Of a stretch of 64,000 nt of DNA, positions 1-9,853 are shown in pieces. Below the pieces are notes generated by a model. That model had not been told where the DNA came from and made no database searches. It saw only the letters and a program-made list of their open reading frames with translations. Within the stretch, counting starts at the first letter, position 1. Every line of letters begins with the position of its first letter. The position numbers were made by a program, and so were the translations under genes. The DNA comes from a bacterium (GTDB lineage Bacteria; Hinthialibacterota; Hinthialibacteria; Hinthialibacterales; Hinthialibacteraceae): contig CAXXMV010000002.1 of assembly GCA_963662285.2 (NCBI GenBank), positions 1,152,001-1,216,000 of the forward strand, written 5' to 3'.

Positions 1-1
1 G

Positions 2-889
2 GGTGATTGCGTTAATATTTATAATTTGGAGGTGGATGGCGATAGCGTTTATAGTATGGTTGGCGTCTATTATATTTCATTTGTTGGTTTGCAAATGATT
101 CCAGATTACTATTTTCAGCATTATAGAATATTTCAAACTGATAGAGTTACGGCTTCTCATGTGATTAATCCTACACAAATCGATTCTCCAAAAATTAGTA
201 ATATCTCTCATGCTAAAGATTCGGCTATCGTCAACGATACTGAGATTCCACTGGAAAATTCTTATAGCCTACAATACAAGCAATTTATTGACGGTGAAAC
301 TGTTGGTGTTGAGTACCATATTGAGAGATTGGCCATACAAAAGAAGAATCAATCAAATAACCTTATCGGTGGTTTGGTGAAATGGACTACAAGTAGTTCT
401 GATCTGCATTATATCACGCAGGTTTATACTGCAAATTTATGGAATCTTAAAGGGAAGCATATTTGGAGTGATAAAATACGATATGCGAATATAGTTCCCG
501 GTATTACAGAATTACGCTTTATGCATAATGAAAAATTTCTGACGTTTAATATGTCCGGCGAAGAGAGAATAGTCGATAATAATTGGTTTCTCATTCCCTT
601 CTCATATTTAATCGAAGTGGAAACCTTTGAATTTCTGCCCGCTAACCGTGATGTGGCGTTTTCTTCGGATGAGAAATATTATGTAACCGAACGTGACGGG
701 CTGCCGTCGCTGGTGGATGCGGAAACCCATGATGTGCTGCTGCGCTATGATCCTGGAATGATCATGACGGCATGCGGCTTCTCGCCGGATGACGCCAGAC
801 TCTATATCGCCTGTGAAGACTTGAAGGTATATGAATTCTCCAGCCATGTTCCAGATACGGCTGTGGAGGATTGGGCGGTTTTTGAGTGA
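2..889 (+). CDS. 5'-partial WD40/beta-propeller-like protein with C-terminal TAVEDWAVFE tail
   Basis: Frame is open from the window edge. C-terminal part has WD40-like strands (DVAFSSDEKY, CGFSPDDARLY). Confidence 0.7.
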   Translation, partial: GDCVNIYNLEVDGDSVYSMVGVYYISFVGLQMIPDYYFQHYRIFQTDRVTASHVINPTQIDSPKISNISHAKDSAIVNDTEIPLENSYSLQYKQFIDGETVGVEYHIERLAIQKKNQSNNLIGGLVKWTTSSSDLHYITQVYTANLWNLKGKHIWSDKIRYANIVPGITELRFMHNEKFLTFNMSGEERIVDNNWFLIPFSYLIEVETFEFLPANRDVAFSSDEKYYVTERDGLPSLVDAETHDVLLRYDPGMIMTACGFSPDDARLYIACEDLKVYEFSSHVPDTAVEDWAVFE

Positions 890-920
890 TATGTGAGGAG
901 TATATAAAAACGTGATTCGC

Positions 921-960
921 ATCAAGGCCTGGACGCAACGCGGTCTTGCTCTTGGCGCCC
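921..960. repeat. REP-like palindrome family B (degenerate)
   Basis: ATCAAGGCC..CGCAACGCGGTCTTGCTCTTGGCGCCC resembles copies at 3411, 17961 and 51351. Confidence 0.6.
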
Positions 961-997
961 GTTGTTGAAACTTGTCTATATTTAAGGGGTAAGTAAA

Positions 998-2134
998 ATG
1001 ATACTCAAGAAATTGGCATTATTACTTTTACTGATTTTTACTCTAAGCCCGCATTCGCAGCCCGCCGATACGCTTGCTTTTGATTCAATCAGCCGGACTA
1101 TACTGTTAAATCGGCCTTCGGGTGGATTCGGCAATATGTATTGCCATGATGATTTTGTAATCGTTACTACGAAATGGTATGTTGCAGGGGGAGGGGAGCG
1201 GGAACATTTTTATTCCGCTGGAATAAGCTTGATCGATTACTCTGATATACGTAATGGAAAAGAAGCCGCTGTATACCAATCTTCAGAGCATAGGAACAAT
1301 TATTATCCCGACGCAAATCCTATATATAATTCTCAAGCCAAGGGTAATCATGTTTATTTGACTGCTGAAAACGGACTGGAAATTGTAAATATTCAAGACC
1401 CTTATAATCCATTTTTAGAGGCGACCTATAAACCGGAAGGTTATGAAATGTATGGCGGGTATATTTATATTCGTGATAATACAGCGCTTCTGATTCCCTA
1501 CCTGGACATGAAGGCAAGTAAAATCGAATTATTAAATATAGAAGATCCAACCGCCCCGAAAAGAATTGGCATCCTAGACTTTGGATCAAACTTTATTTCA
1601 GAATTAATCTGGGACAACGATTCGTACATCTATATTTTGGGCGGCGTGGGTGATCATGATTGGGATATAACTTCCAGGGTTTTAAGCATTGTAGATGTAT
1701 TCAGCGAGGAAGCGCCAAAAATTGTAAACTCGATCTTTGCAATGAATGCAAAATCAATAGGTAAAATTGATGAGCATTTATATATAAATAACTTGATAAC
1801 TAATTATGAACCGAATAAATCAGAGATTTATGATTTATCTGATCCCGCATCGCCCATGAAAATATTTGAAACTGATTTGAACTATTATTTCAATAACATG
1901 ATTCCGTTTGATGAGTATTATGTTTCAAAAACGTGGCGTGATAAAATCGTAGTATACGAGATGGATGGATTGATCCCCAGAGAGATTTATGTGTGGAAAG
2001 GCAGAAATTCACATATGGTAGTCCGGGATCAGTATATATTTACCCTCTCTGGACCGTCATCTTCATCATCATATGCAATATATGTATACGAATTAAAAGC
2101 GCCTTCTTATGTATCTTTTTTTGATAAGTTTTGA
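998..2134 (+). CDS. Secreted LVIVD-repeat beta-propeller protein
   Basis: Signal peptide; repeats GLEIVNIQDPYNP, IELLNIEDPTAP, LSIVDVFSEEAP, EIYDLSDPASP. Confidence 0.75.
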   Translation: MILKKLALLLLLIFTLSPHSQPADTLAFDSISRTILLNRPSGGFGNMYCHDDFVIVTTKWYVAGGGEREHFYSAGISLIDYSDIRNGKEAAVYQSSEHRNNYYPDANPIYNSQAKGNHVYLTAENGLEIVNIQDPYNPFLEATYKPEGYEMYGGYIYIRDNTALLIPYLDMKASKIELLNIEDPTAPKRIGILDFGSNFISELIWDNDSYIYILGGVGDHDWDITSRVLSIVDVFSEEAPKIVNSIFAMNAKSIGKIDEHLYINNLITNYEPNKSEIYDLSDPASPMKIFETDLNYYFNNMIPFDEYYVSKTWRDKIVVYEMDGLIPREIYVWKGRNSHMVVRDQYIFTLSGPSSSSSYAIYVYELKAPSYVSFFDKF

Positions 2135-2187
2135 GTGTTTTTGATGGATCACGCTTCGCTTTGTTTAATCCTATGTAACTTTATTTA

Positions 2188-2319
2188 TTATTGAATCTCT
2201 CTCTTTATATTCTTTACAGTACACTCACTCCCCTCTGACTCCATCGCATTCAGAATATTGACTTGATGTTTCTTCTTGTGCGCGTCTATCCCTACGTACA
2301 TTGTGGTATAATCTTTCAT
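2188..2319 (-). pseudogene. Truncated IS110-family recombinase (N-terminal 43 aa)
   Basis: Manual translation MKDYTTMYVGIDAHKKKHQVNILN..; YVGIDAHK is the first catalytic motif of the IS110 DEDD domain. Not in the ORF track. Confidence 0.75.
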
Positions 2320-2462
2320 GATCGGCTCTTTTTTCGCATGCGGCTTTGTGACCACTTGGTTTTAATCCGCGATCTTCTGCAGATTTCCTCTGCTTTGTTG
2401 TATCGGTATAAACCGCTACAACCTTACGATCACGGATCTGGTCGTTCCATATGGTCTACAGG
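2320..2462 (-). ncRNA. Candidate IS110 left-end structured RNA (bridge-RNA-like)
   Basis: Directly upstream of the IS110 ATG. On the minus strand, stem GATCCGTGATC/GATCGCGGATT encloses hairpins GTTGTA-GCGGT..ACCG-A-TACAAC and GCAGA..TCTGC. Confidence 0.5.
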
Positions 2463-2463
2463 G

Positions 2464-3124
2464 CTATTCCGATTCATTAATTTTTGCATTACCGTATGCG
2501 ATATCTACATACTTAGTATACTGATCGTTAGGTCCATACTCTTTCAATTCTTTCATTTTATTGAGTGTTTCTTTTTGATCTCTTGAACACTCAAATTTAC
2601 CAATTTTCGATAGAGAAAAAACTGAATAGTCATTCCTCTGTTTTGTTCTTTCTTCTTCCAATGATATTTGAGCAAAAATTTTGTTAATTATCTCTTTCCT
2701 TAAAACGGCATTTGATTCATATATTTCTATGATTTTATAAGCGTTATCAAGAGCTTTCTCAACAATATGATTCAACAAGTCATCTACTTTTAATAAATTT
2801 GCATGGATGATTTGTGCTTCCGGTACTGTTCCGTCTATTTTAAGTAAATCTGATAATATGCTTGCCGCATTTGTATTTAGTACTCGTATCAAATTCAACA
2901 ACAACTCTTTTTCCTTTTTATCTTTTGCGCGAATATATAGATCAATCATCTTAAATTCATATTCTCGGTCAGAGCGTTGCTGTGAAATTTTACTTTGTTC
3001 CGTAGTCAAAGTTATAGTATTGTCTATTTGAGTTTGCGTGATTTTCCAAGTTCCCAGGATACCTATAAGGGCAACCACAATAGGCATGATGATTTTTTCG
3101 GACCATTTTTTTTTGATTATTCAT
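2464..3124 (-). CDS. Hypothetical membrane-anchored protein, frameshifted in an A9 run near the start
   Basis: RBS AAGGAGA precedes ATG at 3124. Removing one A from A9 (3106-3114) joins MNNQKKWSEKII to ORF 2464..3087. Confidence 0.55.
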
Positions 3125-3410
3125 GATTTTCTCCTTTGTGTTTTTTTGTATAAAAACTATATATATTACTAAAAAAACGCAAGTTACACTCTGATGATAC
3201 ATAAAATTGGTATATTGTATAGTCTGATTTTAAAATATACACAATTACTCTACCTTGAAGAGATACTATTCAAATATATGTTAATTTTGTTTGAGGGATT
3301 CACAATGAACTTATAGAGTCAATGGTGAACTATGTAGGTTATTTACAACCGGATGATGTTAATAAAGCTGTAAGATCATATGAAATATTCCTTTTCTCTA
3401 TAGTTTTTCG

Positions 3411-3441
3411 TCAAGGGCAGAAAGAACTGCCCTTGGCACCC
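3411..3441. repeat. REP-like palindrome family B
   Basis: TCAAGGGCAG-AAAGAA-CTGCCCTTGGCACCC. Confidence 0.75.
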
Positions 3442-3530
3442 ATATTGATACCTTCATAGCCATTCATCAAAACATAACTTATGGGTAAAGATCAGCCCGG
3501 CGGGAGAGGGGAAAGTATGGTTTAAGTTTG

Positions 3531-4262
3531 TTATATCAAACTGCGGGGGACTTCGAGGCCATGCTTCAACATTAATTCTTGATTAGATAGCACCTCTTGC
3601 GCCGGGCCGTCGGTTATCAGGCGTCCTTCGTCGAAGAGTATTACGCGGGTGCAGGTTTCCAGGACGAACTCCAAATCGTGGGTGGAGATGATGCGCGTCA
3701 TTTCAAGGCTGTTGAGGATTTCGATTAACTCGCGGCGACCGCGTGGATCGAGGTCGCTGGATGGTTCGTCTAATAGCAGCACCTGGGGATTCATGGCCAG
3801 AACTCCCGCTATGGCTACGCGGCGCTTTTCTCCACCGGAAAGATGGAAGGGCAGGCGTGATTTGAAATCCATGCTTAATCCTACGCTCTCCATAGCCTGA
3901 TTAACCCGCCGGTGGGCTTCGTCTTTATCCATATCCATATTCAGAGGACCGAAAGCGATGTCCTCCAACACGCTGGCGTTGAAAAGTTGATCGTCGGACG
4001 TCTGAAATACAATGCCCAGTTTACGGTGAACCGCTTTGCGCCCTTCCGGGGTGGTCAGGTCGCATTGGGCTACTTGTAGGGCGCCTGTGAAATTGTCTAT
4101 CACTCCAGCTAATGTCAGGAAAAAGGTGGTTTTACCTGCGCCATTGGGGCCAACCAAGCCGACTCGATCCCCATGTTTGACATGCAGGCAGATATCCTTC
4201 AAGGCCTGATGTCCATCGGCGTATTGGAATGATAGGTGGTCAACTTCTATAAGGCAACTCAA
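3531..4262 (-). CDS. cbiO: ECF transporter ATPase (CbiO/NikO)
   Basis: Walker A GPNGAGKT, LSGGEKRRVAIAG, LLLDEP; operon context. Confidence 0.92.
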   Translation of the reverse strand: MSCLIEVDHLSFQYADGHQALKDICLHVKHGDRVGLVGPNGAGKTTFFLTLAGVIDNFTGALQVAQCDLTTPEGRKAVHRKLGIVFQTSDDQLFNASVLEDIAFGPLNMDMDKDEAHRRVNQAMESVGLSMDFKSRLPFHLSGGEKRRVAIAGVLAMNPQVLLLDEPSSDLDPRGRRELIEILNSLEMTRIISTHDLEFVLETCTRVILFDEGRLITDGPAQEVLSNQELMLKHGLEVPRSLI

Positions 4263-4317
4263 AGGCGTCTTCTCTTTTCTATTAGTTGATGTTTTATCAT
4301 CAGTCGTTTAGTAAAAA

Positions 4318-4350
4318 GGTGGGCTACGCTTCGCTTTTAGCCCACCATAC
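4318..4350. repeat. REP-like palindrome family A
   Basis: GGTGGGCT-ACGCTTCGCTTTT-AGCCCACC; overlaps the cbiQ stop codon. Confidence 0.75.
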
Positions 4351-5098
4351 ATGTATCCGCCAGGAGTAATAATACTGCGGTTATGATACATGCGGCGCAG
4401 ATCAGGTAATCCGATGGACGGGTTGCGAATTGGTGCAGCGTCTTCATTGATCCATTGTATCCCCGGCATTGCATGGCGCGGTATATGCGGTCAGTGCGTT
4501 CCAGGCTGCGTACCAGAGTCATTCCCACCATGTTAGCCAGGGTGTGGTAAGTGCGCCAATTCATCTGGCTGTGGAAGCCCCGCGTGGCCAGCGCCCATCG
4601 CATAGAAGTCAATTCGTTGGCCAGGGTAAATATGTAGCGATAGGTCAGCAGGGTTACCTGGATCAAAACCCGTGGAGCATAGAGCCTTTCAGCAGCGCGT
4701 AACAACAGGCTCATGGATGTTGAATAGAGCAGGGCGATTGAGGCTAACACAATGGCCAGCGCGCGAAGATATAAGGTTAAAGCGAAGATGGTTCCATCTA
4801 TACTAATGGTAATAGGACCAATCGAAACGGGATTTCCTGATGCAGTAAAAGGCAGAATGATGAAGCATGGAACCAGGAATATATGCAGGGTTCCTAAGCG
4901 GCGCATTATCAGCGAGAGCGGCAGGCGGCATAAAATGACCAACGTCGCACTGATAATCAGTGAGGCCAGGGCTACATCAGTGCGGCGCACTGCGGCCATG
5001 GTGAAGATGATGATAATCAGCGAGGCCAGTTTCCAGCGGGCGTCCCAACGGTGAATTGGGCTATCCTGTCTGGCGTAATGTTCAATCTCGGCTTTCAT
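4337..5098 (-). CDS. cbiQ: ECF transporter T component (CbiQ/NikQ)
   Basis: SPIHRWDARWKL, LTYRYIF, ATRGF and MQCRGY motifs. Confidence 0.92.
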   Translation of the reverse strand: MKAEIEHYARQDSPIHRWDARWKLASLIIIIFTMAAVRRTDVALASLIISATLVILCRLPLSLIMRRLGTLHIFLVPCFIILPFTASGNPVSIGPITISIDGTIFALTLYLRALAIVLASIALLYSTSMSLLLRAAERLYAPRVLIQVTLLTYRYIFTLANELTSMRWALATRGFHSQMNWRTYHTLANMVGMTLVRSLERTDRIYRAMQCRGYNGSMKTLHQFATRPSDYLICAACIITAVLLLLADTCMVG

Positions 5099-5648
5099 TA
5101 TTTTGGAGAGCCTTTTGAATTTCTTTCAGAGTTTTGTTGTTACGGTATGAAAGCCATGCAGCGGTCAGGGCTGCCAGGAATGATAATGCTATGGTGATCC
5201 GTTCCGGCGCTCCGAAGGCGTTCTTTGTGGATATCGACCGTCTTGATGAGGCGCCGGGTTGTACCGGAGCGTTAGTGGAATCAGGGCTGGCTGCGTTATT
5301 TTCGGGTTCATTAAGATTGACAGCGCTGAAGAGTTCGGTCAATTCCGCTTGAGAAATTTCGAGGGTCTTTTTGTGTCCCTCTCCGGCGTAGATGGTGATG
5401 GTAATATCCTGCATGGTTTGGGGCTGCCATGAAAAGCGTCCCTGTTTGTCGGTGGTTCCTGTGGTTAATATGGCGCCTTCACTATTGGTGATGCTTACTT
5501 CACCGTCAACCACGGCATCGTCTTTGCCTACCCACGCTTCTATCACAAGCGCGTTGTCCTGCATGTAACAGTCGATATCCATACGGTGGGCATGGGCCAG
5601 GCATGGCATAATTGCGATGATGCTGATAATTAATAGTAACTTTTTCAT
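5082..5648 (-). CDS. ECF accessory component (NikL/CbiL-like)
   Basis: Signal peptide ending AHA-H, transthyretin-like GTTDKQGRFSW, C-terminal TM helix; lies between M and Q. Confidence 0.7.
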   Translation of the reverse strand: MKKLLLIISIIAIMPCLAHAHRMDIDCYMQDNALVIEAWVGKDDAVVDGEVSITNSEGAILTTGTTDKQGRFSWQPQTMQDITITIYAGEGHKKTLEISQAELTELFSAVNLNEPENNAASPDSTNAPVQPGASSRRSISTKNAFGAPERITIALSFLAALTAAWLSYRNNKTLKEIQKALQNNESRD

Positions 5649-6247
5649 GATGCTCCTTTACGAACCAGCGATGGCTGCACGCGTGAAAGAAACTGGATGA
5701 CGAATCCAGTGATGATGCCTTCCATTATCATAAGAGGGATATGAGCGATAAAGACGAACTCGGCGAATCCCTTGAACTCTTCACTTGACAGCCAAAGCAC
5801 GGCGCCCAGCATTAAACCGGATAAGAAGACCGCCAAAGCGCCGCTAACGGCGCCAGACAGGAAATAATTCTTCTCGCCGCGCCGGCTGAGAATATCATAG
5901 ATCAGCCACGAGGCGAATGCCGGAAAGCCGAAGATGCAGGCGTTAACCCCGATGACTGATAATCCCCCGTGTCCGAGAGTTACTTGTAAAAAGAGACCTA
6001 CCGGGAAAGCCAGAAAAGCCCTGCGGCGCAGCAAAATTCCGGTAAGACCATTCAGCGTAAGATGAACGCTGGATGGACCGGCCGGAATATGAATCAGAGA
6101 CGCTACGAAGAAAGCGGCGGTCAGAACGGCGATCCGGGGAATCTCTTCATCGCGGACGCGATAAGCCGACCAGGCGAAAAGTCCCGCAGCAGCAGCGAAT
6201 CCGACGGCTACAGTTGATGGATCAATAACTCCGTCATGAAGATGCAT
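5645..6247 (-). CDS. cbiM: ECF substrate component (CbiM/NikM)
   Basis: N-terminal MHLHDG, AAFFVASLIHIP, SSVHL, GHGG. Confidence 0.92.
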   Translation of the reverse strand: MHLHDGVIDPSTVAVGFAAAAGLFAWSAYRVRDEEIPRIAVLTAAFFVASLIHIPAGPSSVHLTLNGLTGILLRRRAFLAFPVGLFLQVTLGHGGLSVIGVNACIFGFPAFASWLIYDILSRRGEKNYFLSGAVSGALAVFLSGLMLGAVLWLSSEEFKGFAEFVFIAHIPLMIMEGIITGFVIQFLSRVQPSLVRKGAS

Positions 6248-6328
6248 TGATATAGTCCTGAAAGATATTTTTATCAGTACTATTATAGTATTACGTTATT
6301 CAAAAAGATATGACGATAGAGCGTGATA

Positions 6329-7054
6329 TTATGACCCCCCGCCCCAGTTCATTATCGCCAGGTTTAAGGCCTGTTCGATCCAGATTGAGCCTCGTGATAA
6401 GGCCGGGCGTCTGTGGCCGGGGAGAATAACGTCTGGTTGGAGTTTCGCTGCCTGCTTCAGACTATTGATATATTTGGCGCGATTGAAGTCAATGCTGCCA
6501 TCCCATCCCAAACTGCCTGATTCGGCGACTAAGTCTCCGGTGACGCATATTTTGCGGTTTCGCCATTCGAATGAATATACCAACGAACCATCCGCATGTC
6601 CTGGAGTGTGCAGCGCGTCAATCTTGAAATCGCCGATAGTTAAATGATCTTCATCCTGTAAGACGATATCCACCTCGCATTTTGGAAAAGGTTTATGATA
6701 CAGGTAGGGGCATGTTCTGGCGTCTCCAGACTCTACCGCATCGGCGCAGATGGAATGGGCGACGATTTGGATTCCCTTATTTTTCAGACAAGAGGCGCCA
6801 GCGGCATGGTCGAAATGAGGATGAGTGAGGAAGCAGTGTGATATTTTATCTGGATCAAGATTCCAGGCAATCATATTATCAAAAATCTGCTCAATCGATG
6901 CGCCATTTCCGCTATCAAATAATATGATTTTATCAGTTAGTTTCAGCGCGAAAACATTGCAATCGATATACTCGCAATCCGGGCTGTACCAATCAGTGTA
7001 AGTGAGAAAACAATCCTGGCTGCCGACAAGATAAATTTCTGGAATTATTTGCAT
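6329..7054 (-). CDS. MBL-fold metallo-hydrolase
   Basis: THPHFDH, HTPGH, TGD, LPGH. Confidence 0.9.
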   Translation of the reverse strand: MQIIPEIYLVGSQDCFLTYTDWYSPDCEYIDCNVFALKLTDKIILFDSGNGASIEQIFDNMIAWNLDPDKISHCFLTHPHFDHAAGASCLKNKGIQIVAHSICADAVESGDARTCPYLYHKPFPKCEVDIVLQDEDHLTIGDFKIDALHTPGHADGSLVYSFEWRNRKICVTGDLVAESGSLGWDGSIDFNRAKYINSLKQAAKLQPDVILPGHRRPALSRGSIWIEQALNLAIMNWGGGS

Positions 7055-7488
7055 TTTTTATTACCTTTGGTTTAGATAAAAGAATGCTGTTTCTTAATAT
7101 AAAACTATGGGATGCGTTGTTTTTAATCAAAAAACATTGTTTCGAAATAAGAGAGATAAGTCTAGAGCAATTTGTCAATTAGTATGGTGAAACTCCATCA
7201 TTAAAGTATTCAAAATAAAGAGTTTTCAATAAATGTATCGATTTAATATTTATTGGCTTCATTTAATCGGTGTTCTTATTTATGGAACAATTTGCAGGAT
7301 TGCAGCGACCAATGATACTTATATATAATATCTGGAATCCTTGACCTTTGAGTATTTATTGGTCTAATTAAACACCACGAGAAGTCGATTTAGGCAGAAA
7401 TTGTATTTCTCCTTCCTGAATTATAATAATTTTTTTGATATGCATTGATGAAATTTATTAGAGCGGAAAAACATAAGCGTTTAATAAT

Positions 7489-9588
7489 ATGAAAATCAGA
7501 TTCTTCCTTAGCCAAATTATAATTCATTGCGCAATTTTAATTAGTTGCTTTTGCGCATCCAAAGCGGATGCTCATGATGATCCCGATGCGGATGTTCCTT
7601 CGTTTCAAGCGTTGAAAGTGGAAGCCTCGATTAACGTCGATGGGGTGCTGGATGAACCGTTTTGGGCGGATTGCGAGACGACGTCCAATTTTATCGATAT
7701 TCGAACGCAGGAAGCCGCCAGTCAACAAACAGTGGTTCGCGTGGCGTATACCAAGAGGCATATATATATCGCAGTTGAATGTCTAGATGATAATATCAGT
7801 GAACTTCACGCAACTGAACGGCGTGAAGATCGATCTTATTTCGGCGTTGATGATGCTATTGAAGTTCATCTTGATCCAACCCATTCTCATCGTTCGAAAT
7901 ATGCTTTCTTCTCCAATCCACTGGGAACCCGTGTTGATGCCAATGAAGGACCATCGGGAGTTTTTAATCATGGATGGTCGGCGGAATGGGAACTGGGCGC
8001 CAAGGTTCTTGAAGACCGTTGGGTGTTTGAGATGAGCATACCCTTTTCCATTCTCAATTATCATCGTTCAGATAATCAATCCTGGGGCATTAATTTTACC
8101 CGTGTGATACCCCGGCTCGATTCGACCAGTTTTTGGAGTTATTCTCCAACAGATTATTACAAACCCCGTAATTTCGGTCATGTAACCGGATTGGATCTGG
8201 TTGATAGTGAATTTGACCGTAACCTGGAAATCACGCCTTATGTAAGCGGGCGTTATGATTTTAATGGTGATTCTGACACTCTCTTTCAGGCGGGGATTGA
8301 CGCCAGTTTTCGTCTTACTCCTTCCATTACTACAGCTTGGGCGTTGAATCCAGATTTCGGTCAGGTAGAGGCTGATGCGGATACTATCGAATTGCGTGAT
8401 ACGGAACGTTTTCTACCGGAAAAGCGTCTCTTCTTCCGTGAAGGGAACGAATTGCTTGAGATGCGGCAGAGCCTCTATTACAGCCGCCGTTTTACGGATA
8501 TACAAACCGGCGCCCAGATGAGCGGCGAATGGAATAAGTACAAGTTTTCGTTGCTGAATATTCAGGGTGATGTTGTGCATGGCGACAAGCATGAGGGCAA
8601 TTCCTCGGTTTTTCGAACCACTCAGAGCATCGGAGAGAAATCTGTTCTGGGGTATTACCTGAGCGATTCTGAATTCGATGATGGACATGCGCGGGTTGCA
8701 AGTTTCGATGGGAATATTTTTCTGCATGATGATTGGCAGTACCGTTTTCAGGGTTCTGTATCGGATGAACGCCTTGATGATGGATTAGGTGGATATTCCA
8801 AAGACCGTTTGGATTATCTGGGCTATAACGTTATTCAGTTTGAGAAATATCCCATTGATATTGATGTAGGTTATTTGGGCATCTCTGAAGGATTTGATCC
8901 TGTGTTGGGGTATATTCCACGCCGGGATATTTTTGGTCCATTCGCCGAAGCTGAGTATAGCCATGAATCGGATGATCGCTTTTATAAAATGCTTTATGGC
9001 CGTTTAGGTACGGAACTGTATGAAAACGAAGATAGTGAAACGACTCTACGTGATTATGACATGTTTTCAAAAGTTGTGTTCCATAATGATTTCGGCCTGG
9101 AATTCGGGCAAAGTTTTGATTTCCATGATCCATACGACAATACGCGGACCAGCGCTGGATTCTCGCTCTTTTCATCTGACTTTTGGAAATCCATCGAAAT
9201 ATCCTGGGCGGGCGGGGAATTTGAAGAGACGGATTATAACGAAATCAACATAGAGAAGAACTTTAAGCCATTTGAAAGCTGGCCCATCCGTTATGATTTT
9301 ACGATACGTCTGGAAGAAGAGCCTTGGGGTGAAGAACATACCGTCTGGTTGAACCGGATTGTCTTTGATTATTACTTTACCGATGATATGTGGCTTAAGA
9401 CGTCGCTGCAACACCGCAATGCCAGCGTTGGCAATATTAGCGTGATCTATGGTTGGGAATTTGTGAAGAACGCCAAATTCTACCTGGTTTTTAACAGCGT
9501 CAGTTACCGCGAAGAGATTGATAACAGTTTCAACTATACTAAAGAGACGGATAACAGCATCTTCACCAAGGTGGCTTATACATTTTAA
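7489..9588 (+). CDS. CBM9-like domain + DUF5916 outer-membrane protein
   Basis: INVDGVLDEPFW, NPDFGQVEAD, PEKRLFF, YSRR; ends with beta-signal-like KVAYTF. Confidence 0.8.
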   Translation: MKIRFFLSQIIIHCAILISCFCASKADAHDDPDADVPSFQALKVEASINVDGVLDEPFWADCETTSNFIDIRTQEAASQQTVVRVAYTKRHIYIAVECLDDNISELHATERREDRSYFGVDDAIEVHLDPTHSHRSKYAFFSNPLGTRVDANEGPSGVFNHGWSAEWELGAKVLEDRWVFEMSIPFSILNYHRSDNQSWGINFTRVIPRLDSTSFWSYSPTDYYKPRNFGHVTGLDLVDSEFDRNLEITPYVSGRYDFNGDSDTLFQAGIDASFRLTPSITTAWALNPDFGQVEADADTIELRDTERFLPEKRLFFREGNELLEMRQSLYYSRRFTDIQTGAQMSGEWNKYKFSLLNIQGDVVHGDKHEGNSSVFRTTQSIGEKSVLGYYLSDSEFDDGHARVASFDGNIFLHDDWQYRFQGSVSDERLDDGLGGYSKDRLDYLGYNVIQFEKYPIDIDVGYLGISEGFDPVLGYIPRRDIFGPFAEAEYSHESDDRFYKMLYGRLGTELYENEDSETTLRDYDMFSKVVFHNDFGLEFGQSFDFHDPYDNTRTSAGFSLFSSDFWKSIEISWAGGEFEETDYNEINIEKNFKPFESWPIRYDFTIRLEEEPWGEEHTVWLNRIVFDYYFTDDMWLKTSLQHRNASVGNISVIYGWEFVKNAKFYLVFNSVSYREEIDNSFNYTKETDNSIFTKVAYTF

Positions 9589-9718
9589 GCGGTTTCGGAT
9601 CGCTAAGGTGTTTGGCCTTGCTTTTATTACTTGTTCGATCATCATAGGCGCCTGAATGACCGGCGCTATATGCAAATAGGATTGCTGTGAGCAACATGGC
9701 ATTTCTGAAATTATCCAT
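9563..9718 (-). CDS. Possible small secreted peptide or gene remnant (51 aa)
   Basis: RBS GAGGA, then MDNFRNAMLLTAILFAYSAGHSGA..; signal-peptide-like; overlaps the 3' end of the convergent gene. Confidence 0.3.
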   Translation of the reverse strand: MDNFRNAMLLTAILFAYSAGHSGAYDDRTSNKSKAKHLSDPKPLKMYKPPW

Positions 9719-9853
9719 GTTTGTCTTTCCTCTGTTTTGTTCTCTTTTTAGATTCTATCTCACTCTTGCCCTCTGCGTGAAAATCAAAACCAGATAATAT
9801 AAAGTCATGGATAAAAATTTTTGAGATTGCAGTCATCTTTGGAGAAATATAGC

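Noticed and set aside
2263-2586. 107-aa + strand ORF
   Set aside because: Antisense to the IS110 remnant and the upstream gene; no coding features.
6248-6328. Cobalamin riboswitch upstream of cbiM
   Set aside because: Intergenic space too short and AT-rich; no B12-box.
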